Of a stretch of DNA of 64,000 nucleotides, positions 35,867 through 48,197 are shown one piece after another; within the stretch, counting starts at the first letter, position 1, and each line of letters opens with the position of its first letter. Made by a program: the position numbers and the translations under genes. The stretch comes from Spongospora subterranea f. sp. subterranea (Eukaryota). The stretch is from assembly GCA_049724395.1 (NCBI GenBank), contig JAUGWO010000104.1, positions 62,001 to 126,000 on the forward strand. The letters are read 5' to 3'. Below the pieces are notes generated by a model. The model saw nothing but the letters and a program-made list of their open reading frames with translations, was not told the origin of the DNA and did not search any database.

Positions 35867-37400
35867 AATTGTTGTATGTCGCCTGAATTGAACTCAGGAA
35901 TAGGGTCGGCGCTTTGGCTGCAATTCAGCAAGGCCTTCAACATGAAATGGTCTTGATTCAAACCTGCTCACGCATTCATTGAGTACTTTCGCTTGCTTGT
36001 TGGATTGTGTAAATGATCTCTTTCTGTTAGTAACCAAGCCAGATCTGCATTTTCGCCACATAAATTCTCATACTTTTGAGCTGCGATTGTGGATTTCCGA
36101 AACAGTGAGTATTGGAGTCCGGACAGCTGGAACAGCAGACCTCTTCCAGCCTGCACTTGTTAGATTTGACAACTGTATTGAATCGACGACATCAAATGGG
36201 GCAAAACAGTCACGAGCCAATATGAAAAGAATGGCTCAAAAGTATCGAACCCGTGCGCGCCCTGAGGCTGGAGGTCGTTAGCTTTCGTCAAATGGAACAA
36301 TTCGACAATTTTTTTTTCGCCTTTGAAAAACAGCCCGCTTTCAAATTTGGCGTTATGGTAAAAGGTGTACAGTTAGAAAAATATACACCAAATGAAAGAT
36401 CGCGACGAGCCAGTTCCAATGAGCCAAAAATCGACTTCTGAACAGCTTTATTCCAGAGATATAACATGAAGAAGTTCGCTCTGCAATAAAGTCGCTGATC
36501 GTTGATCGTGGGCATTTCGTGATCCGATTGGAAGCGGATTTGTCATAGTTCAAGGACTAGTTTTGAAATTTATGTAGACGCTAATCGTGCAACACGACGC
36601 TCGTTCTTCTCCTCAAGCTCCAAACGCAGTTCATCGACGGCAATCGAGTCGGGGAGACGTCGATGTGATCGATACTTACGCGTTTGCGAAATCAGACAAT
36701 CGCCCTGTCAGGCCCCGTTCTCCCGAACCTTGCGTGCCCAGTAATAAGCTACTCGACATCTGCATCATCTGGAGGACGGTCGATCACAAGGTCAGAGACA
36801 AATGCCCGTTTTGCAAACGAGTTAGATCGTTGGCTGGACCACACCCCGATCAACCAGACTCAAACCAGTCGAGAGGTGTTGTTTATGGTTCGATGTCAAC
36901 ATGACACTTTACCCGCCAATCCAGCTCGTTGGTCCCTAGCGAATGTGCATTTTCTCGAGCAGGTACGACAGTTAGGATTCGCAGAGATCACCTTGGGGAC
37001 GATGCTGTTCAAGCAATTTCGGAACTACAGTCTTTTCTCGAGTTCAACCGATCATTCATTCAAACGCTCGTGAAAAAATCACATCAAATTTCTCATTAAC
37101 AAATTGAGGAGCGAATAGAGTTGGCGGGGATTCTAGCCGATTTGAAACCGGTTTCTAACCGGTTTGCGTCGGTTTGGAAACCGGCGTCATTTCCTGTCAA
37201 CCGATTGAGCCGGTTTGAAACCGTTGACAATCCTACGAGTCCTATTTCCAATGAATGTGTTCACTTCTCTCATTGTGTTTTAACTGTTGTTAGACAGGTA
37301 AAGAGAGGACCAAGACCGTCTCTTGTTTTATTTACCGAATCGGGGCTTTGATAATTGGAGATAATTGTGTACAGCATCTTGGGGCGAATGGAGCAAATTT

Positions 37401-38744
37401 TTAAAGGCGATCCCACGATGAGTTTGAGTCGGAGCAGAACTTGTCACTTCCCTCATAATCGTCGGCGACGTCTTCCTCGTCGTCGTCGTCGTTCTCAGCC
37501 GAGCTGACTTTGCAGCTGCTGTCGTTGGAATCGCCGTTAGCGATGCCCCAAGGAAAGTACATCAACGGCTGTCGATCTGGACTGGGGTCCTTCCAACAAA
37601 GGCCTTGGCTGGTCCCCGGTTCCAACCAATCGGGCCCTTGATTCACCCAGCCATCAGTGTGAAATTCAGTTAGCGACTTCGCGCCCGTCGGCGCCGGTGG
37701 CCGATCGTTCTCAAACCTAATGGAGCGCACATGGAACCCGACGCTCTCCGTCAGGTCGTTGATCTGCTGCAGAAATGCCATCCCTTCAACGACGCCTCTG
37801 TCCAACGGCTCGCCCAGATCCCAAAGTGCTCCGCTGATGATCGCGTACAATTCGCGCCCGGGATTCCCAGCTCCAGCCTTAACGAACGGCCTGAACTTGA
37901 CGATCTCTCCCGATACGAACAGGCCGGCGATCGGTGTCTGAACTAGCGACGTGAATCTCCCAATCGGAATATCGGTTGTTTCCACGTCGCTGTCCGGCCT
38001 CATTTCCAGTTTCACCGTCTTAAACGTCTCGTCCGAATACATTTCGTAACTGCCCGATCGGAAGAACTTCAGGCGTCCGTCAACGTTCAGACAGCGCAAG
38101 AACCCGGCCGGGACTGAAAATACACTGCGCTGATGATCGCCATCGGCCACTCTTCTGACTTCCAATGGCGTAATATCTGGCGCCGCGTCGGAGATCGGCT
38201 TTTGGCGCACGACCCAACTCGGGTACAGCGACGAATTCCAAAACACGAACGACGCGACCATGAAGATATCCGAAATCACTCCGAACATGAACAATTGAGT
38301 GACAATCGGGAGGATGATCGAGAGTAAGAACGACTTGTTCCATGACGAATCCGAGTTTGGTGGTGGACAAAGAATACCAATTGTGAAATGGGAAACGGTG
38401 AAGCTGGTGACGATTAAGGGTAGCTTGAGCCACATCTCAGGCAGAATGGCGTCGAAAACGGTACAGATCCAGTTGAAGTAGGCGGCGAGGGCGATGGCGA
38501 TAATGGACTTGGCCTGGACCTGGTGATTTGATAGAATGGATTGAACGAGGGCGAAGGAGGCGATGGAAGAGTAGGTTAGAACCAGAGCCATGTTCCATAT
38601 TGGATCGAGCCAACGAGCGGCCAGACGAAGGGCGCTATTGGTCAGGACGAAGACCAACGGGAGGAACCTCGCCTCCCATTTCATGTTCAGCAACATCGTC
38701 AAGAATGCCGTTTCAGGATTATGATGATCTGGGGAATGATTCAC
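37401..38744 (-). CDS. Intronless multi-TM hypothetical protein with acidic tail
   Basis: 447-aa ORF with about 5-6 hydrophobic segments in the N-terminal part and a soluble C-terminal part. Confidence 0.65.
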   Translation of the reverse strand: MNHSPDHHNPETAFLTMLLNMKWEARFLPLVFVLTNSALRLAARWLDPIWNMALVLTYSSIASFALVQSILSNHQVQAKSIIAIALAAYFNWICTVFDAILPEMWLKLPLIVTSFTVSHFTIGILCPPPNSDSSWNKSFLLSIILPIVTQLFMFGVISDIFMVASFVFWNSSLYPSWVVRQKPISDAAPDITPLEVRRVADGDHQRSVFSVPAGFLRCLNVDGRLKFFRSGSYEMYSDETFKTVKLEMRPDSDVETTDIPIGRFTSLVQTPIAGLFVSGEIVKFRPFVKAGAGNPGRELYAIISGALWDLGEPLDRGVVEGMAFLQQINDLTESVGFHVRSIRFENDRPPAPTGAKSLTEFHTDGWVNQGPDWLEPGTSQGLCWKDPSPDRQPLMYFPWGIANGDSNDSSCKVSSAENDDDDEEDVADDYEGSDKFCSDSNSSWDRL

Positions 38745-39925
38745 GGGATGCGCGGCCGATCACCACCAACCAATTTATGGCGACGGCGGCCGATCTGGAT
38801 TCGGTCGGTAATCAATTGATGGTTCACCGGTTAATGGCTGGTGATCTCTCTAATAATATAACACACATAATTCGACACTCGTCCATTGTCGTAAATTATC
38901 TCGGACACGAACTCAACGAGAATGTGTGTTCTTGATTGGAATTAAATTGGTCATTTCCACAGATTGTCGTAGTGCCGGTTCAATATCTGGGCCAGTACAT
39001 CAATACTGGAATCGATAGTTTCAGGGACGTGTTTGAAAGGCGATTATTGGTATTTATGGCGTATCTGTTATCGACAAAAATTATTTCCTTCTCACAGAAG
39101 ATCTTCATTGCAACGCCGTAATTCGTATTATTTGATATTCCAAATTCTCTGGATCAATTGGGCAATCGGGGTCTGTTTTGTTGAGCTCCCTGAGGTTCAA
39201 ACCAATCCATAGGAGCATTATCAACGGATCGCTATGACAATGCTCAAAAGATATGTTCTGCTTCAACTGCACAGTCTAACCAATATAAATCCTAAGCGAC
39301 CCAAAAGAAATAGAGATCGCAAACACAGGTTGATCATCAAAATAAATCAGGGGTTGGGTTTTGCGCCATCTTGCCCAATTATCAACCCAACGAACATAAA
39401 CTGTACAGTTGACCGTTTTGGTTCTCTCCTGAACAGGGTTTGCGGAAGTATTCATGTCAATGGATGTGATTGAGGGCCGACACTTCACTCAGTCCTGCTG
39501 GACGAGGAGGAGAAGACTTTAGAAAAAACATCGTGTTGAAATTGACAGAGATGCACCGATTACAGGTTATTTCCTCACGAATTTCGCGAATAAACGGTCC
39601 GACACTGGAAAGAAAAAAATCCAAAAACTGTTTATTGATATTTGGCCGATTCCGGTCTTATACCACAACGAAATTCCAACAAAACATCAACACTTGCACT
39701 TTCATAGAGTGAAACAAGTGAATTGATTACTCGTTTTAGGTCGATTCGATGTCAATCATGGATTGAAATGCAGTTAGCGACGCAACCCCTTATAGGGTTC
39801 CAGAGTACAGTGAAGGTGGCGACACCGTTTGGCCATCACTACCACTCTAAACATGCCCCGGGGCCGGTTACCACCTGGACCAAAACCCAACTGATTGAGT
39901 CGAGGGGCGACGATAATCGGCCACG

Positions 39926-41510
39926 ATGGTGGCGGGATTCCTGGTCCCGCGAAAACGGATTATCTCCAGCCAGCATCTGGACGAGTTCCTGTCATCGCAG
40001 ACCTATGCCGATTTCATCACCTATATCGAACGCCTGAACCAATCCGTGATTGGGCTGCCGATCCCGCCCGAGCACGATCAAGATAAGGAATTATCGAAGG
40101 TAGGGACAGGCAGGACTTCACATTTCCTTCACAATTTCATGCCCGACTTTTCCCGTTTTCTCGTCACCATATTTGATGAATCGTATGTTGATATAAAATC
40201 ATTGCTCCGAATTATTCAACTTAGTATATTTCGCACTCATTTAACGTGTAAAACTTTCCCAATTTCTTTATGGAAAGTCAAATTTGTTCGTCGACGATGA
40301 TAATAACCGTGAACCAATCTTAATCTGAGGCATTTTCATCAAAGTTTCAATCTTCTCAGAAGTTTCTCAGCCGTTTTCGAATGTTCGTAGTCCCTTTCAA
40401 GCACGACTTCAGGAGCAAAATCGCTAGATGTTAATTTCAGCAATGTTGAGTTTAGGCGGTGCATCAGCTTTTGTCACTATTAAACACATTGCTGCAATGG
40501 GTGGATTTAATTCCGGCGGAAGACAACGCCGTGTCCCGATTCGGCAACCCAGCGTTTCGCGAGTTCTACGATCGCGTTGCCTCATCCTTGGATTTATTAT
40601 TGGAGAATTTCGTATCGCCGCCGGAGGCAATTCCTGAAGTGGGACGCTATCTTCAGGAATGTTTTGGCGATCGGCAACGCATCGATTACGGCACTGGGCA
40701 CGAGGCGAATTTTCTGGCGTTTCTGTATTGTTTGGATACGCTCGGCGTGTTGACCAAAGGCGACGACGCCGACGTAACGCTTTTGGTGTTCGTCCGGTAC
40801 ATGAAACTGATGCGCGCTTTGCAATTCAAATATTGGCTTGAACCTGCCGGCTCTCATGGTGTTTGGGGTCTTGATGATTATCATTTCTTGCCGTTTCTAT
40901 TCGGCTCTTCGCAACTTATCGGTACTATATCTGTATGTTGTTAGGTTTTTGAGTCTTTGTTGAAAAGAGTATCCCAAGGTTTATTTGTATTCTTTTCAAT
41001 GGGTGTGCCCCGACTGTATTATGCCATAAGCTCACTAGGTTTCATCATCATCGAAACCTCGATTTCGCACATTTCCTCAAAGTTTGAAATCAGATTCTGA
41101 ACGTGTTCACAGGCCATAGGTTTCTTCGTCCGCGGGCAATTAGAGATAAGGAGATTGTCTCGCAGATGGCTCCGCAGTACTTGTACTTTGCCTGCATCGA
41201 TTTCATCAACACCGTCAAGACGTCGGTCTCTCTCCGGTGGCATTCGCCCATGCTTGACGATATTTCCGCCGTAAAGACATGGGATAAGGTCAACTCTGGT
41301 ATGTTCAAGATGTACAAGGCCGAGGTCATGGCGAAGCTCCCCATCATGCAGCATTTCCTGTTTGGTCGTCTGATCAAGTTCGACGGCGGGGCCGAGCACA
41401 CATCTCAAGACGCGTGCTGCGTTTCGACACAGTTTCCTACCTGTTGCGGGATCCCTGTTCCTAGTGCCATGAGCGCCACATCTAGAAATCGCCCTCTACC
41501 CTTCGACTGA
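39926..41510 (+). CDS. PTPA: PP2A phosphatase activator (PTPA/Rrd2), 3 exons
   Basis: SRFGNPAFR, RIDYGTGHEANF, YWLEPAGSHGVWGLDDYHFLPFLFGSSQL, HSPMLDDIS, KVNSGMFKMYKAEV. Confidence 0.95.
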
Positions 41511-41777
41511 ATTGTGTTCATTTTCTAAAACTTAAATTATCATTGATAGTACAAATTTTCCCAATTCCGTTTTCAGTTGTAAAGAATCGAAAATTGTAGC
41601 TTCATGATGGAAATATATAACACAAACAAGTTTTTGTTGCAGTGCACTCTTGTTCCTTCTAAACCTAAGGAGTGACAGTTTCTTTCAACATGATGCTAGG
41701 GTTTGTCATAGGTTAACTGTGTCATCCCGTGGCCAGATTCCCATCTGATCAGATTTATCTGTTACGATTGATTATGA

Positions 41778-44341
41778 TCAACTTGGCAATTGCTCACCGT
41801 TTCGTGCGTTAGCCTTCGTCAGCATTCGCGTCTCAAAATCGCTCAAATCTCGTCTAGACATCAGCGCGATCCGATGTGACGATTCGGTGTGTCGATGACC
41901 TGTTTTATGCACCTCCTTGATTAACGTCGCTGGCTGTTGCTCCCTGCCTCTAAATTTTTCAGGTTTCAAATCCACATTTTGAAGACGATTTTGCTTTCAA
42001 ATAAACAACTTACACCGGTTGCAATAACGATGAATAAATCTCCTGAGCGTAGGAAAAAGCCGCATTTCGAACCTCGTACGCCTTTCCAAAATATTCCAGG
42101 TCATTGCCGACGACCAGTCCACGATACTCGTCCATGTCGCAGGCAGCCTTCTCGGGATGGTTGCGTCGCTCACGGGGCCGCGCCAACTCTGTCGCCACCT
42201 GCAGCTGACGCTGCGCGGCCCTCGACCGGCATTGCCGCGGCGCCGGAACGATCGACGCACGCGTCACCGAGTCACCCGGACTGCACTGCAGTTGCCGGGA
42301 ATAGTTCTGCAAGCGTTGGACACGGAAATGGGCCAGGATCTGATCATGGCGCTCTTTACATCGCCTCTCTTCATGCAAATGCTCGCCGTACTCCCGTCGA
42401 AACCTGGCATCTATATATTCGATCGCGTCTGTAAATTAATCGTCAACACAGCACTTGTTTTAACCCCGAGGTGTGGCGGTTGTGACCTTGGTTTCTAGAT
42501 TCGCATGTGGCGTATTTCTGCCTACAAGCTGGAATACGCCAGATATTGTTCCAGCTGTTTTCTTTGTTTAGACGATAGAATCGTCGATCTCTTATCGCAT
42601 GTCTCGGCAGGAAGGCGACGCTGCTGGACAATCGAAGCGTCTTGGGAACATCGCCAGACAGGCACGACGCTAGATGTCGTTTCGCCGACCGATTCTTTAT
42701 TCTCCCCACCGTCTGTGAGCGTTGCAGATTTCGCTCTACAGGGTTTCTTAAATCCTCAACCGGTAGTTTCTTTCTAATCTCCTCTTGTTTTTCATCCTGT
42801 CCTTCTGCGTGCTCCTGTTCTGGAATATCAACTCCTTCTTGCACTAGATCCCTCGGCGTTGATAGTAAAACCTCGCCTTCGCTGATAAGATGCAACTGGC
42901 GCTGGATCTTAAGGAATCGCTCTTTGTCCCACGACGACAGCACTATCTTATTGTGGCGTATGGACGTGGGAGGATCAGCCGGAGAGTGTCGCGATAGCGG
43001 CAGTGCCGTCCCAGGTCGTCGATTTACCTCCCTCATTTCAAGATATCCTCTGTTTTCGTACCGCGGTCTTCAACCACAGAAAAATCTGTGTTAAATATCT
43101 AACAGGTTTCGTAAGGGATAAACTTCTGTGGTCATCTATCCTGGTCAAACGGTGAAATCGTTTTTGTATATATTAAACGCCTTGCTATCTCTTTGGCAGT
43201 AGAACGAACCTTTCGCCATTGGTTTCACTTTTGAATTTGCTTTCATTTACCGAATTCTGATTCCATAATCGCTGTTTTCGAAAATGCGGCTGAGCACAAT
43301 TCGGAGCGGCAATGATTTTCCAAAAATGGTTAAACTTGCAATTGATATCGATTCGTCACGCGATTCCGATCTATCCTGCATTACACCAATTTCAAGTCAT
43401 CCCGCGCCCAGAGGTTTTGTATTCGATTTGTGTATAGGTTAATGTTTTGACCGTGACATCTTGAAAAAATTCACGTTGAGCCCACCACCCGGCTTCTTTG
43501 CAGGATAAACATCGAAGCTGAGTCCCGTCATTGCCACCAAATTGGCAAACAAACCTCGATGATGAACTACTCTCCCTCTTTCTCTCCTCGGTGCTTTGCA
43601 GCGCAGCCATGGGCAAATTCAAGCTAATGTTACCAGTCAGAAGAACAGCCAAAACTGATAATGAGGCTTGTTCGATTGGATGCATTACCCAGATCAAGAA
43701 CGTGGTGTCTGACAGCGACAGCACTCTTCGATCCATTTCTATTCCTTGCTGGTACAGCTAACCGCAACGAGCTCTAATAAAACCTGAACTACTCCCTAGG
43801 CTGTGGGTTGACGATATTGGGTTTGACCATTCACGTATCTGGACCTGGTATTATGTTGACCCCTTTACATGCGGTCCTAATGTGGGTCAATGTCGCCGTC
43901 ATCTTTCCGCATCGCTCGTTGTCGTCTCCAGATGCAACCACTTCAAAGCGTCCCGGTATTCCGGACACCGAAGCGTCTGGATATCGCTCTATTTCACAAT
44001 GCTAATCGTTTCGCTGATAGTTCACGGTACCACTGACACTTTCGTATTCGATTGGGTGTCTGATTGCCCCTAGCTCTTCTTGTTGTTCTCCTGGTCGACT
44101 TCAACCGCAATGTCCGCGATATAAATTTAACAATCTCTGATGAGAAGGTGTTGAATATCTTGAAGATCTGGCACAGAGACCCGACCTTCAATTCTATTCC
44201 AATTGCTGTGGGCTGAAAATTGCAGCAGCGGGAAGCAGGCGTATTTAACACCATTGACCACTGAGATACGAAACAAGGAAAACTTTTTATCGAATTGATA
44301 TCGCTGACAGTTTGGGTGTTGCTCGCCGTTTTCGTCGTCAT
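41778..44341 (-). CDS. Hypothetical multi-exon protein; limits uncertain
   Basis: Consecutive minus-strand ORF segments (43994-44341, 42443-43036, 42010-42378, 41778-41975) separated by intron-like stretches. No recognisable family. Confidence 0.4.
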
Positions 44342-44454
44342 TCTGCAGCTAATGCTTCCCTCTCGTTATTTTGCAGAAAATTTCGAGGCTGTGGCGGAAA
44401 ACTATCCGACCTCACGTCGATCCCCATGAAAATGTTTGGAATAAATGTATTTTT

Positions 44455-45157
44455 TCAGTTTTTCTTCTGGTCCTTCAAATGCGGATACCAGTTGAGAACG
44501 ATTTTCTCCAGCCTTTTATAAGTCTCGTCCAGGTCGTCATTCACCAAGCGTTCGTCGAAAAAACCGGCGGTCTTCCCAACATCCAATTCGCCAATCGCAT
44601 TTTTCAGGCGAAGATTCAAGGAGTCATCCGATTCAGAAGCTCGGCCAAGCAGCCGCTCCCTGAGAACGTCCACGCTGGGAGGGCTGATGAACAGAAACCT
44701 CGCCTTCAATCCGGCATCATGGACCTGTTTGGCGCCTTGAACATCAATCTCCAACACACAAATTTTGTTTGCTTTCTGAACTGCCAAGACAGACGCCAGC
44801 GATGACCCATACATGTTCGAATGAACCTGGCAACAAATTAGCGATGTGACAAGTGGGAGTGGTCGTGGACTTGTACAAGAGCATGTTCCAGAAACTGCTT
44901 GTTGGAGATCATTTCTTCCATCTTTTCACGAGGGACGAAATGGTATGAGACGCCATCGACCTCGCCCTGGACAACAGGAATCAGAATATAAATTTTGCAT
45001 GAGATAATCCGTGAATGATAACCGATCTAGGAAGTCGTGTCGTATGAGAAACGCAGAACCCGAAAGAATCGGGAAACTTGTGCAGAAGCTTTTTGATGAG
45101 ACTGCCTTTCCCGACACCACTCGGTCCGACGACAACGAGCGGGCGAAAGCCAGACAT
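44455..45157 (-). CDS. GUK1: Guanylate kinase, 3 exons
   Basis: [58 protein letters not shown]. Confidence 0.95.
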
Positions 45158-45365
45158 GAACGAGTGAAGTACTGATATGGTTTAGGATTGTTTGGGCCCT
45201 CAGACAATGGAATTTTATTTGATCAGCGTCCGGTTGACCGATCCTACAAGCCGGCACAGACCGTCGGCGGTTATGACGTCCAGGGCCAGTGAGACAGCCT
45301 GTGCCGGTGTGCCCGGCCGAAAACCCTTGCAACTCTCGCCTGTGTATGTTGCGGACTCGATGACG

Positions 45366-45705
45366 GATCAGCGGATGATTACCCATTAACAGACAACTGG
45401 AGGGGCCGGCCCACCCCACACACTCATCCGAGGTTGAGGACTTGAGGGTCGAGATGATTACTCATCAACAGGGGGGACCTCCCACACTAGTACACTCATT
45501 CAAGGATGAGACCCATTAACAGGCGTGCCGGACTACCTACCCATCACTATCACACCATTCAAGGACAAGAGGAGGCCCAACCACCCACACTATCGTCAGG
45601 AAAAGCAGGTTAGGCGAGACCCATTAACAGGCGGCCGGACTTTCAATGAACTGTGAAGGCTATACGGATCAGTGGGGATCACCCATCAAAAGGCCTGCCC
45701 GGACG
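45366..45705. repeat. Degenerate modular repeat, five ACCCATTAACAG-like cores
   Basis: Cores at about 45381, 45460, 45511, 45619 and 45681, with recurring CCGGAC, CCCACACTA and CATTCAAGGA modules. Confidence 0.7.
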
Positions 45706-46343
45706 AGGGTCATCGAACAATAAAGAACACGAGCCACTGTTAAAATGTGAATAACATGGAGTGAGATGGGGAGGGCAATAAAACATCTTGTATAACAACA
45801 TCGTCAATCGTCAAAATGGTCCTCATTAATCAATGAAGATATCTTGATCAAAATAACGGAAGCTAAACGTATTCGCTTGTGCAATCAACGGTGACATGTG
45901 TTAGATTTATTCAAAAACCAAGTGATACAAAAACGATGATGTAAGGACTTGCCGAAGAAGATGGCGGGAGCTTCAAACGGACCTTGCAGGCGACGTAACC
46001 ACGCGTACTACAGTGCAACAGCGATTGCAGCGCCGACATGACAGTGTATGAGGAGTTGACTGTGGACAGTGCCGACGCCGGTTTCAATGGACGGCGTTGA
46101 CCAATGGACAGAGCACTGACAGTCCTCACTAATGTGATAAACGGACGTGACTTGGCTTGGCACTACCTGGTAGCCCACATTTGAAAGAGCCAATAATAGC
46201 GCCATGGACAGCAAAGCGGCTCGGTAAATATAAATCTGGCGCAGTTTCGTCCCTGGAGTCCGATACTCGTTTCAGGTCAAGTTTCTTATTTCCGCCAACC
46301 TTGGCCAACGTGATCCTAGTCGCCGGCGCCTTGCTGCATTGAT

Positions 46344-47130
46344 ATGACGGTAGCGTATCCACTGATTCCAGTCCCTCGCCGAGTTAGTAATTGCTGGGCG
46401 CTACCCAACAAGGCAGTCCCATTCGCGGTCGCCTTTCCCATCCACGGTAAATGCACTCCGGGGTCCGATTGACGGCGGACCCCTCACAAATATTCTTTCG
46501 CAGATCCAACCCGATATTATTGCTCACGATGCAATAAATCGTTTTCCAAACCAAGCACATTGAAATCACATTTACGAGTCCATACAGGTGATATTTTGCA
46601 AATTTTGATCGTTTCCTGAAAACGACCAAAGTTTTAATTTTGATGCTGTCTTAGGGGAGAGACCATTTGCCTGCTCAGAATGCTCCAAGGCTTTTTCAAA
46701 TTCAGGGGATCTGCGAAAGCATGCCCGCCTGCATTCTGGAGAAAGACCGTTCCTGTGCAATTTCTCTGGCTGTACCAAAGCTTTCACCAGAGCCGATCAT
46801 GTAAAATCAGTCCAGCGACATAACCAATATTGGGTCCTGATTGTGGTTTTGTAGTTGAAAACCCATGGGAGAACCCATTCTGGGAATAGGCCTTTTCAAT
46901 GCGGAATTTGCGACAAGACGTTCAGCACGGCGTCGAACGCCAAGACCCACCAAAGAACACACACGGGCGAGAAACCGTTTATATGTGCCTGCGGCAAACG
47001 GTTCAGTACGGCTGGCAACCTGACCGTTCACGAGCGGACCCATCTGTCGACGCGGCAATCGTTATCGCCAACCACATCGGGAGATGAGGCAACCTCTCTC
47101 TGCAGTAATGGGACTCAGGAATCTTCATGA
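46344..47130 (+). CDS. C2H2 zinc-finger transcription factor, 5 fingers, 4 exons
   Basis: [61 protein letters not shown]. Confidence 0.92.
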
Positions 47131-47255
47131 CTGTGGCGTCAACGGTCCGCTCAACATATCTATCCAATATAATCAATGATAAATCTCTAGAAGCTTTAAA
47201 TGTAAAAAAACTGATCTACATTCTTTTTTTTTTTAAATTTTGTTTATTGTTGCTG

Positions 47256-48197
47256 CTATCCGAAGCTGTACCATAATGTGAACAGCATGCACACAGCTAA
47301 AACAAAAGCAAGCGCAAACTTATCCCTTTGACGATGCCTGTAAGAAGTAATTTACAAATTTTGGCAAATACAAGACAGATATGATCGGAGAACCTGTTAA
47401 TTCGATTAATCGAGCTGTGAATCAGAGGAAACTTGCGTGCCAATTGGTCCAGTCTATCGGCAGTGCTAGAGAAAACGCCTCGTTGCCTGCCTAGACCGTC
47501 TCTTGTCGCTTCGGCCCTCCTAAAACCAGGAACTTACGTCAATTAAAATATTTTGGAACATCTTCGCAAAAGAAAGACGGCACGAACCCGATTAACTCGT
47601 CGATCATGTCAATCGAAGCATTGAGGTTGTTCTTTTCTCGCAGAAGCATATCGCTCTCGGAATTAGAGCCATCCCGATGTGATTTGTCGCCTGCAAATAA
47701 CTCGGCACGTTGGATGCTTGAACGCAATGCGTTCTGAGACCGCAATTTCAATGAACAACGTTTGTTTTGACTGCGATCAACCGAACCTGTGTCCTGGAAA
47801 ATTCCAGCAGATAATCACGGTTTATTTCCCTAAACCGGTCAACTACTTGCGCCATTCGCTTCCGCTGTGGGCTATGAGATGGTAGCGACTCCAAATGCTC
47901 ATCCATTCGGCTGATAGTTTCCGAGAACTGATTTTGCGTCAAAAAAATCAACAGAGATTGCAAATTTGAAAACAGAACGGGCGATACCTTTTCGAAAAGA
48001 GACTTTATACAATTTTGTAGTGCAATGGCGCCATTACTAAGGTCCTGGCTGACTGTCCTCAAAGCGAGACTCGACTGAGCTTGTCGAATAGCACCGATAT
48101 TCAACGCTGAAAGCTCCTCGAGTTTCCCATAGATCTGCTTTTCAAGCCGCCTCGCTTGGGTCTTGTAATTGTCGAAATCCGATCCCGAGCCTTCCAT
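47256..48197 (-). CDS. GOSR1: Golgi SNARE GOSR1/Gos1
   Basis: QARRLEKQIYGKL, RFREINRDYLLEFSRT, LLREKNNLNAS, C-terminal RQRDKFALAFVLAVCMLFTLWY TM. Confidence 0.88.

Noticed and set aside
35900..37073. Short ORFs as transposase or zinc-finger fragments
   Set aside because: No motif I can recognise with confidence.
45580..45605. Hammerhead ribozyme (CTGACGA on the minus strand)
   Set aside because: No stem II followed by GAAA.
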